From positions 757 through 64,756 of the forward strand of contig JBIILZ010000003.1 in the NCBI GenBank assembly GCA_044338255.1: 64,000 bases of DNA, read 5' to 3'. Below are positions 37,206 to 44,020 of this stretch, one piece after another (the stretch's first letter is position 1; the number at the start of each line of letters is the position of its first letter). The notes under the pieces are model-generated. The model ran no database searches. It saw only the letters and a list, made by a program, of their open reading frames with translations, and had not been told where the DNA came from. A program made the translations under genes and the position numbers. Origin of the DNA: Planctomycetota bacterium (lineage in GTDB: Bacteria; Planctomycetota; UBA11346).

Positions 37206-37895
37206 TTAGGAGGCCATGGGCATGGCCTCCGGCCCACCGCAGGGATGGCTCTGCCCCGCAGCGGAGCGAGGAGCCAGCCAGCCTTGTGGCTGGGCCATCG
37301 GTCGCGGTGACCTGGCTTGCAGATGCAGCTCCGCCCACCGTCCGCTGCCCACCGCTTCTGCCGCCGTGCGCGCGTAGATGCGGGTATGGTCAAGGTTGCC
37401 ATCGGGATTGATACGATGCTCGAGCAAAACGCCTTCGAGTGTGAAACCGCAGCGCTCGGCGATACGCCAGCTGCGAGAGTTGGTGTCGCTGACGACGATC
37501 TGGATACGGCGCAGTCCCATCACCTCGCGAGCGTAGTCGGCGATGGCGGTGGTGGCCTCGCTGGCATAGCCGCGTCCGGCGTGCCGGGTGTCGACCCAGT
37601 AGCCGATCTCGCCGCTTGGCTTGCGCCAGTCGATGTCATGCAGCCCCGAAGACCCGACCAGTGTCCCGTCGCGGGTGAACAGCAGCATTCGGTAATCTCG
37701 ATCAGCCACTGTCTGAGCGATGGCCTCGGCGAGGTTTTCTGCGGTTTCGGCAATCGTTGGCAATTGCTGTGCCCACGGCATCCACGGGCGTAACTCGGCG
37801 ACGCTGGCATGAACGGCGGTGTTGAGTGCGGGGGCGTCCTCCAGCACAGGTGTACGGATGATCAGGTGCGGGGTATCGATACGGATGGAACTCAT
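37206..37895 (-). CDS. GNAT-family N-acetyltransferase (RimJ/RimL-like)
   Basis: The core reads HLIIRTPVLEDAPAL...IGYWVDTRHAGRGYASEA...LRRIQIVVSDTNSRSWRIAERCGFTLEG. The conserved domain ends near 37364. The last ~50 codons are low-complexity read-through over hairpin-rich DNA. The start overlaps the paiB stop (ATGA). Confidence 0.85.
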   Translation of the reverse strand: MSSIRIDTPHLIIRTPVLEDAPALNTAVHASVAELRPWMPWAQQLPTIAETAENLAEAIAQTVADRDYRMLLFTRDGTLVGSSGLHDIDWRKPSGEIGYWVDTRHAGRGYASEATTAIADYAREVMGLRRIQIVVSDTNSRSWRIAERCGFTLEGVLLEHRINPDGNLDHTRIYARTAAEAVGSGRWAELHLQARSPRPMAQPQGWLAPRSAAGQSHPCGGPEAMPMAS

Positions 37896-38688
37896 GGCCC
37901 ATCCTCGGCCGGCCACGGCGTCTGCCCGACCAAGGTGCGCGCCATAGCCGCCCCGGTCGCCTGTGCCGACGAATCCGTGCTCACGGCGAGTCGGGCAATG
38001 ACCCGCGCCTGGCGTGCCGGCTGATGGTTCTGCGACAACTTAGCCTTGGCGTCGCAGTGCTCGACTTCGATGGAAAACCAGCGTACGGCAGCGGCCAAGC
38101 GCTGATACATGGCCTCGCTCAAGTCCTGCGACCATTGCGCTTGTTGTGGGTCGGCAGCGGCAAGTCGGCTGAAGCAGCGGCGCACATCGAGCAGATCGCT
38201 GATCACGCGCAACGGACCGCTAGGAGCCTGTCGGAGATAGGCTTGGTCGGCTGACTCGGTCTCGTACGACAGCTCCGGCGTTGGCAAAACGGTCAGATAG
38301 CTCTCGCTATCCGCCCGCTTTGCCGCCTTGGATCTGCCGTACGATACCTTCGCCATCCTCGGGCGCCTATCTCCGACAGGCTCCTAGCATGGATAGCCAG
38401 GTAGTTCCAGGTCGGTACGGTGTCTGGTTCCTCGTACCAGGCGGCCAAGACATAGGCGTGCGGACCGTGGAAAATGGCCATGGCACGTGTCGCGCGCCAC
38501 AGTGGATTTCCGACCGCGGCATGGCCCCGCAGCAGCAGACGACCGTCTTCGCGGTCGACGAGGAGCGGCAGATGTTGTGCTTCGGGACCATGCTCGCCGG
38601 TGGCAACGACGGTGGCGAAGGGATGCGCCCGGCAGAAGGCCAGCCGACTGGCTGGATCATCCCAAGAAAAATGGTCAGGACGGTACAT
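37892..38688 (-). pseudogene. paiB: PaiB-family FMN-binding regulator gene interrupted by a 162-bp insertion
   Basis: The N-terminal half is ORF 38293..38688 (MYRPDHFSWDD...VPTWNYLAIHA). The C-terminal half is ORF 37892..38356 (...GPLRVISDLLD...FSIEVEHCDAKAKLSQNH) in another frame. Removing 38223-38386 restores one ~210-aa frame. Confidence 0.85.
38221..38386. mobile_element. MITE-like non-autonomous element (162 bp, perfect 19-bp TIRs) with TA target-site duplication
   Basis: GGAGCCTGTCGGAGATAGG at 38223-38241 is the exact reverse complement of 38366-38384. TA flanks both ends (38221-22 and 38385-86). The element has no coding capacity for a transposase. Confidence 0.75.
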
Positions 38689-38689
38689 G

Positions 38690-39033
38690 TCAGACTCCAG
38701 TTGCGGTCAAGGGTACCTCGATGCGGTCCCAGCACCGACGTGGCGCGGAGATGACCAGGAAGCGGACGGGCTCGGCTCCGTCGTTGCGGAACTGGTGCAC
38801 AACACCGGCGGGAACGTGCAGGCTGTCGCAGGCGCGAGATCGAACGTGCGCCCGTCCAGGTATATGCGCGCTCTGCCAGCGAGGATCACGAAGACCTCCA
38901 CACAGCGCTGTTCACAGCTTGCGCTGCGACAGAGCATGATTGACCTGATGCGCTCGTACGCGCGCGGCGAACATGGATAAGATACGCATGCCACCATAAA
39001 AAAGGACATCAGTACGGACACGCGCGCGGACAC
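38690..39033 (-). pseudogene. cupin-domain gene with an apparent -1 frameshift
   Basis: The upstream frame gives ...VEVFVILAGRARIYLDGRTFDLAP. The +1 frame continues DSLHVPAGVVHQFRNDGAEPVRFLVISAP. Together these form the two cupin motifs if one G is restored near 38829 (CCTG-CGAC to CCTGGCGAC, APGD). The stop lies 1 nt from the paiB ATG. The N-terminal boundary is uncertain. Confidence 0.55.
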
Positions 39034-39072
39034 GCCCCTCGCAATAGAGCATAAACGCTTAGTATTCTTTGC

Positions 39073-40383
39073 ATGGAACGATCAAAACGCTCTGCTTCAA
39101 GGTCGGATATCGGTAAGGACATACGTTCAGAAAAAAAGCCTTTTGTAGCGGTCGGTCCCGTCACCTGGAATCATCCCCGGCAGATGACTCCGATGTTGCC
39201 GACGCTCAACGAGGCCTGGGCCACCAAAGCCACCAAGCTGGTTCAGGAAGCGACCAAGCTCGACTCGATACTTCCTTCCTCCACCCGCCAAGTAATCGCC
39301 CCACTCGTGCGCCAGGTGAACTCGTATTACTCGAACCTGATCGAAGGCCACCGCACGCTCCCAGGCGAAGTCGAAGCCGCGATGCGTCGCGCCGCCACTG
39401 GCCCGAAAAAAGAGAAGGCGCTCGTGATCGAGGCCCTCGCCCATCTGCGGGTGCAGAAGATGGTCGACGACGCGGTCGAGGATCTGCGCTTCCCACCGAC
39501 CGAGATTGCTGGCGTCTGCCTGCTCCATCAGCTCTTCTTCGACGAATTACCTGCTGATATGACGTGGTCGGAACCACGTGCCGACGGCTCGCGCGAACGC
39601 ATCATCCCCGGGAAGTTTCGGCTCTCGCCTGTCGTCATCGGCAACCACATCCCGCCGGCCGCCATCGATCTCCCCACGTTCATGGCGGCATTCCACACGG
39701 CCTATGCTAACCACGCCACGCCTACTCCTGAAACGATTGCCAAGATCGCTGCCGCTCACCAACGCTTCGTCTGGATTCATCCGTTCCTCGACGGCAACGG
39801 TCGCGTGGCCCGCCTGATCACCGACTCTATGTTTACCGGTGCAGGATTGGCTGCCGACGGCCTCTGGCGGATCTCACGCGGCTTCGCAAGACAGAATGCA
39901 GAGTACAAGACGCACCTTGCCGAGGCTGACCTCGATCGTCAGGGCGACCTCGACGGACGCCACAATCTCTCACAGCGCGGCATGGACCGCTGGTGCGATT
40001 TTGTGGTCGAAACCGCCCTCGACCAAGTCGGATTCATGCGCAGCCTGCTGTCGGTGGAGAAGCTGCCGGCACGGATCCAGGCGTGGGCGATCAAGGCTTA
40101 CCCGTCGCGCACCTCGACCAAGATCGGCATGCTGCTCGAACGAGTGCTGCGCTACGGCGAGGCAGACCGCAAGACCGTCGTCGATCTGCTGGGGGTCACC
40201 GACCGCCATGCCCGACGGCTGATTGCTCAGCTCGAACGGGAAGAGCTGGTCACCGTCACCTCAGCGGGCGCCCTGCGGCCGCGCATCCCGCTGTGGGTGG
40301 TGCCATCCTGGTTTCCCGACCTCTATCCCGAACAAGAGCGCGAAGGCATGGAGGCGACGAGGATCACCGCCACCGCCGAATAA
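39073..40383 (+). CDS. Fic-family protein (AMPylase type) with N-terminal inhibitory motif and C-terminal winged-helix-like region
   Basis: The Fic active site HPFLDGNGRVARL matches HxFx(D/E)GNGRxxR. The upstream SNLIEG matches the (S/T)xxxE(G/N) auto-inhibition motif, so this is class II architecture. The start codon is uncertain (39073 or the internal ATG at 39187). Confidence 0.9.
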   Translation: MERSKRSASRSDIGKDIRSEKKPFVAVGPVTWNHPRQMTPMLPTLNEAWATKATKLVQEATKLDSILPSSTRQVIAPLVRQVNSYYSNLIEGHRTLPGEVEAAMRRAATGPKKEKALVIEALAHLRVQKMVDDAVEDLRFPPTEIAGVCLLHQLFFDELPADMTWSEPRADGSRERIIPGKFRLSPVVIGNHIPPAAIDLPTFMAAFHTAYANHATPTPETIAKIAAAHQRFVWIHPFLDGNGRVARLITDSMFTGAGLAADGLWRISRGFARQNAEYKTHLAEADLDRQGDLDGRHNLSQRGMDRWCDFVVETALDQVGFMRSLLSVEKLPARIQAWAIKAYPSRTSTKIGMLLERVLRYGEADRKTVVDLLGVTDRHARRLIAQLEREELVTVTSAGALRPRIPLWVVPSWFPDLYPEQEREGMEATRITATAE

Positions 40384-40473
40384 TGCCCAGTCACGATTTG
40401 GCGATCACTACTGACTGTCACCCGATATTATCTTCAAAAATACCCCGGGCCGCACAGGCCAATCCAAATCCCC

Positions 40474-40509
40474 AAAAAAATACCCCCAACCATGCGGCCG
40501 GGGGTATTT
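40474..40509 (-). terminator. rho-independent terminator of tRNA-Ser
   Basis: The minus strand reads AAATACCCCC-N12-GGGGGTATTT followed by a T7 run. Confidence 0.7.
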
Positions 40510-40514
40510 AACGA

Positions 40515-40604
40515 TGGCGGACAGGGAGGGATTTGAACCCTCGAACGAGTTTCCCCGTTGCGCGCTTTCCAAGCGCGTGCCTTCAGCCACTCAGCCACCT
40601 GTCC
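40515..40604 (-). tRNA. tRNA-Ser (anticodon GGA), class II long variable arm, CCA encoded
   Basis: The minus strand reads GGACAGG TG GCTGAGTGGCTGAAGGCA CGCGC TTGGAAA GCGCG CAACGGGGAAACTCGTTC GAGGG TTCAAAT CCCTC CCTGTCC G CCA. Confidence 0.97.
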
Positions 40605-40674
40605 AGTGGGGGTTGAGATCATGCGTCGCCAATGATGCGGGTCAACCGCCCAGGGCTCGCTTATAGGATCACGC

Positions 40675-41994
40675 TTATGGGTTATAGCCGCGAGGAGTCG
40701 AGTAATCGTTGAAGATGATCGGGCTATCGGGGATTGGGGACGGCGTCGTCGAGTCGCCGAAGGCGGCATTATTGAAGCCCACGAAATCCCGGACGTTCTT
40801 GCGCAGAGCTTTCCATTCGACGCTGCCATAGGCGATGAAGCGCTGGATGTCGAATTCGAGCTCGGCGGTCTCTTCCTGGCTGTGGGCGAAGAAACGCTTG
40901 AGGTCGCCAGGGAGCAGCTGGCCGCTGGCGATTTCAGCGCGCCAGAAACGTTTGAGCTCTTCATCGAGCGGCCGGATTTCACGCTCGTAGATCTCGAAGA
41001 ACCGCGAGACCTCATCAAGCAGCTTGGGAATCACTTCCAGCTGGGCTTGCTGATAGCGTTGGATGTCGGCGATGAGGGCCTGCGATTCCCAGGTCGTCTG
41101 CCGCGCACTGGCTTTGAAATCGGCCCTGAGCTTATCCCACTCGCGTTCACGCCACTTGCTGAAGCGGGTCACGTCATCAATCAGCAAGGGCACTTCCCGG
41201 CCACTGCCATCGATGAAGTGCTTGAAATCGGCGACCAGCAGCCGGCCGACCACCGCTTGGTAGGCGATGTAGCGCTCGGCATCCAGCTGCAGGTGCTGCC
41301 ATTCTAAGCCGCCGGCGGCGACGAAGTCGCGTCCGTCATGGATCAGTTTGTTGTATTCGCGACCGCGCCATTGCAGGAAGGTCTGCACATCCACCGACAG
41401 ATTCGCCGATTCCCACTGCGCCTGGCGATAGAACTCCTTGAGGTCCTTGCGCAGCGGCATCAGCTCGCGGTTCTTGTATTCCAGGAACGTCTGTACATCG
41501 AGGACCAGGTTGCGCCACTCGGGGTCCGCATGGTGGACGAAGCGAAAGATATCGTCTTTGGCCTTCGGGAAGTTCTCGATCTGGTAGCCGTAGTAACGCG
41601 CCACATCGTGGCTCAGGCGGTCGATCTGCGCCCATTCGTTGTGGATGGCCCAGGCGGTCTCGTTTTGAAGGTTCCACCATTCACGGCGGCGCCATTCGAG
41701 GAAATTGCTGACGTCGGTCTTGGTCTCGTACACCAGCAGGCCGTTGGACACCGCGTAGCGCTCAAGATCGATCTTGAGCCGGGTGGCTTCTTCGGGGGCG
41801 CGCCCCACGAAGCGCTGGGTATCGTCGGCGAGTTCGTTGCTCTCACGCGTGCAGCCGCCGAGAAACATTCCTCCGAGCAGGAGTCCGCCGAGCAGGAGTC
41901 CGCCGAGGGGGAGTTCTCCGAGGAAGGGCGTGTGCAGACCGCGTCCCGAAGGGGGGCGAGGAGAGGACACAAGAGACGGCAGGCGACGCGGCAT
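40675..41994 (-). CDS. lipoprotein composed of 20 x 18-residue repeats, function unknown
   Basis: The signal peptide carries the lipobox FLGGC (Cys48 from ATG 41994). Residues 58-417 form gap-free 18-mers of consensus D-h-x-x-[FY]-h-x(5)-E-[WV]-x-x-L-x-x. The C-terminal tail is Pro/Ser-rich. Confidence 0.8.
   Translation of the reverse strand: MPRRLPSLVSSPRPPSGRGLHTPFLGELPLGGLLLGGLLLGGMFLGGCTRESNELADDTQRFVGRAPEEATRLKIDLERYAVSNGLLVYETKTDVSNFLEWRRREWWNLQNETAWAIHNEWAQIDRLSHDVARYYGYQIENFPKAKDDIFRFVHHADPEWRNLVLDVQTFLEYKNRELMPLRKDLKEFYRQAQWESANLSVDVQTFLQWRGREYNKLIHDGRDFVAAGGLEWQHLQLDAERYIAYQAVVGRLLVADFKHFIDGSGREVPLLIDDVTRFSKWREREWDKLRADFKASARQTTWESQALIADIQRYQQAQLEVIPKLLDEVSRFFEIYEREIRPLDEELKRFWRAEIASGQLLPGDLKRFFAHSQEETAELEFDIQRFIAYGSVEWKALRKNVRDFVGFNNAAFGDSTTPSPIPDSPIIFNDYSTPRGYNP
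41869..41913 (-). repeat. 3 x 15-bp in-frame repeat inside the lipoprotein signal peptide
   Basis: Plus strand reads TCCTCCGAGCAGGAG / TCCGCCGAGCAGGAG / TCCGCCGAGGGGGAG. This encodes LPLGG-LLLGG-LLLGG. Confidence 0.9.
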
Positions 41995-42240
41995 CGTGGA
42001 GAAGCCTAGATCGCATGCCGTAGGCAACAACGCGGTGCCTGGGCGCGCCGCGCTGGTGTGTCATCGGCGGAAGAGGTCGGAATGAATGTGCTTGCGAGAT
42101 GGATGACCTTTCCATACTCCGCCCCCGCACAGCCGGACCCCGAGAGTCTAGCGCCATCGAATCTGGTCAGGCCTTGACGGGAGCAGCCATAAGATGGTCG
42201 CGGATGTCTCGGGTGTTCCGGCTGTGCACTTTTCCAAGCG

Positions 42241-43059
42241 TTGTGGAGACTGCGTGTTGTGACGGTTTTTCGCCGTTTCCCGGTGCTCCTTGCGCTGATC
42301 CTCCTCTTTCTTTCGGCGCTCGTCACGGCGCAGATCGCCGGCCTCTGGCCGGATGCGCCGGCTCCCTTGTGGTGGGTGATAATGGGCCTGTTGGCGGCCG
42401 GCGGGGGAATCCTGTTCGGCCTCCCGCGCTGGTGGCTGCCCTTCCAACTCGTCGCTCCGAGCGCCTTTGCCCTGCTGCTCACCGGCTTGCCGCCGTGGGT
42501 ATCCCTGGTGATTGTGATCGTCTTGCTGCTGCTCTATGGCGGGGGCGTGGTCACGCGCGTGCCGTTGTACCTCTCGAATACCGCCGCCTGTGCCGAGCTC
42601 GCCACTTTGCTCAAGGAGCTCAAGGAGCTCAAGGAGCTCAAGGAGCTCAAGGAGCTGAATGAGCTCAAGGAGCTGCCGACACCGATCGCGATCGATCTCG
42701 GGGCCGGCTTCGGCGGTCCGATGCGCTTCCTCGGGCGGGCGCTTCCGCACGGACGCTTCTGCTCGGTCGAAGCCTCACCGGCGACCTGGCTGGTGGCCTG
42801 GGTGCTGGCCATCACCCAGCGCAACGTCGCCGTGCGCTGGGGTGATCTGTGGGCGAGTCCGCTCGGCGATTGCGATCTGGTCTACGTGTTCCTTTCGCCG
42901 CAGCCGATGCCGAGACTTTGGGAACACTTCCAGGCCCAGGCGAAAAGCGGCGCACTGCTGGTCTCCAACACATTCCCCATACCCGGCGTCGAGCCGCTGC
43001 GGGTCCTGCCCCTACCGGGCCGGACCGATGCCCGCTTATTCATTTATCGACAGCCCTGA
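42241..43059 (+). CDS. membrane-anchored class I SAM-dependent methyltransferase
   Basis: Three to four N-terminal TM helices are followed by SAM motif I IDLGAGFGG and a short Rossmann-type domain. The TTG start is uncertain. Confidence 0.7.
   Translation: MWRLRVVTVFRRFPVLLALILLFLSALVTAQIAGLWPDAPAPLWWVIMGLLAAGGGILFGLPRWWLPFQLVAPSAFALLLTGLPPWVSLVIVIVLLLLYGGGVVTRVPLYLSNTAACAELATLLKELKELKELKELKELNELKELPTPIAIDLGAGFGGPMRFLGRALPHGRFCSVEASPATWLVAWVLAITQRNVAVRWGDLWASPLGDCDLVYVFLSPQPMPRLWEHFQAQAKSGALLVSNTFPIPGVEPLRVLPLPGRTDARLFIYRQP
42610..42672 (+). repeat. 7 x 9-bp in-frame microsatellite (LKE)n
   Basis: CTCAAGGAG x5, then CTGAATGAG and CTCAAGGAG. This encodes LKELKELKELKELKELNELKE immediately upstream of the SAM-binding motif. 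Confidence 0.95.
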
Positions 43060-43085
43060 AAGTAGGATGCAGCTCGTTACAACGT

Positions 43086-43100
43086 TGGCATAGCCGTCGC
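43086..43100 (+). promoter_or_regulatory. sigma54-like -24/-12 element upstream of motA
   Basis: TGGCAT-AGCCG-TCGC against the consensus TGGCAC-N5-TTGC, with GG and GC at the correct 10-nt spacing, 39 nt before the motA ATG. A competing sigma70-like GTGACA-N17-TATACT (43101-43129) would leave almost no leader. Confidence 0.3.
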
Positions 43101-43138
43101 GTGACAACCCTCTGGAACTGGGGTATACTCGAGGGCTT

Positions 43139-43990
43139 ATGATTACTTTTATCGGCATGATTTTGGCAGTCTGCTGCATCTTCGCGGGCTACCTGTTGCA
43201 CGGTGGCACGATGATGGTGTTCGTCGCGGCGTGGACGGAATTCATCTCGATCGGTGGTGGCGCCGTCGGCATCTACGTGGCGTCCAATGGGATGGGTATC
43301 GTCAAGGCGACCCTCCCGGCGATCTTGCACCTGCTCCATCCCGACTATGCGAAGAAGGACTACCTCGATCTGCTGACCAATCTCTACCAGATGTTTAATG
43401 TCGCTCGCCGCGATGGTCTACTGGGCATCGAAGAACATCTCGAACATCCACACAAGAGTTCAATTCTTGGACAAAATCACCGATTTCTCCACGGACACTC
43501 CTCGGCGTTCTTTTGCGATACGATGAAGGTCATCGTTTCTGGCGGCGTCAAGCCGATCGACCTCGCCGACATGATGGAGATGGATCTCGAGGCGGCGAAG
43601 GCCGAAGGGCACCTCGTCCCGGATTCCCTGCAGAACGTCGGTGACGCCTTGCCGGCGGTGGGTATCTGCGCCTGCGTGCTGGGTGTGATCATCACCATGG
43701 GTCAGATCGGCGGCAGCCCGGCGGCCCTCGGTGCCTCGATCGGCCTGGCCCTGGTCGGTACCTTCCTCGGTATCTTCGGCGCTTATCTGTTGTTCTTCCC
43801 CTTGGTTCGCGCCATGGGTATCAAGCACCGTGGTGAAGAGCAGTACCTCAACTGCATCCGCTTTGCGATCTTCAGTTTCGCGCGCGGCGAGTCGCCAATC
43901 ACCTGTGTCGAATTCGCCCGCCGCAATATCGATCCCACGGTACGCCCCGGCTTCACCGAGATGGAGAAGGCCGTGAAGGGCAAGAAGTGA
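43139..43990 (+). CDS. motA: flagellar motor stator protein MotA
   Basis: 283 aa with four TM helices and a conserved C-terminal half (ALPAVGICACVLGVIITMG...LALVGTFLGIFGAYLLFFP). Confidence 0.9.
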   Translation: MITFIGMILAVCCIFAGYLLHGGTMMVFVAAWTEFISIGGGAVGIYVASNGMGIVKATLPAILHLLHPDYAKKDYLDLLTNLYQMFNVARRDGLLGIEEHLEHPHKSSILGQNHRFLHGHSSAFFCDTMKVIVSGGVKPIDLADMMEMDLEAAKAEGHLVPDSLQNVGDALPAVGICACVLGVIITMGQIGGSPAALGASIGLALVGTFLGIFGAYLLFFPLVRAMGIKHRGEEQYLNCIRFAIFSFARGESPITCVEFARRNIDPTVRPGFTEMEKAVKGKK

Positions 43991-44020
43991 ACGCCCTGAG
44001 CGGTTCACGCCGAGGCGCGT

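Noticed and set aside
37206-37364. The C-terminal ~50 residues of the GNAT ORF (AAEAVGSGRWAELHLQARSPRPMAQPQGWLAPRSAAGQSHPCGGPEAMPMAS), considered as an additional domain.
   Set aside because: They are low-complexity and lie beyond the conserved GNAT fold end. They are encoded by palindrome-rich DNA adjoining the tRNA fragment. This is most simply read-through into rearranged non-coding sequence.
37128-37400. tmRNA (ssrA), standard or permuted, on the minus strand. It was suggested by the tRNA-like T-arm/acceptor end plus neighbouring hairpins.
   Set aside because: The acceptor 3' strand is CGCCCCG-A, identical to tRNA-Pro, so positions 3:70 would be G:C rather than the G:U pair required for alanine charging of every tmRNA. 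No complementary 5' acceptor strand exists within 400 nt upstream or downstream. No resume codon or tag reading frame ending in a hydrophobic Ala-rich tail was found. The upstream sequence is the 3' end of a GNAT gene.
38242-38365. An alternative explanation for the paiB disruption: site-specific inversion of the segment between the 21-bp inverted repeats (an invertible switch).
   Set aside because: Reading the 124-bp interior in the opposite orientation gives an immediate stop (…SLSEIGLVG-stop) and no PaiB-like sequence. Precise removal of the segment plus one TA restores the frame and the family consensus, which fits insertion rather than inversion.
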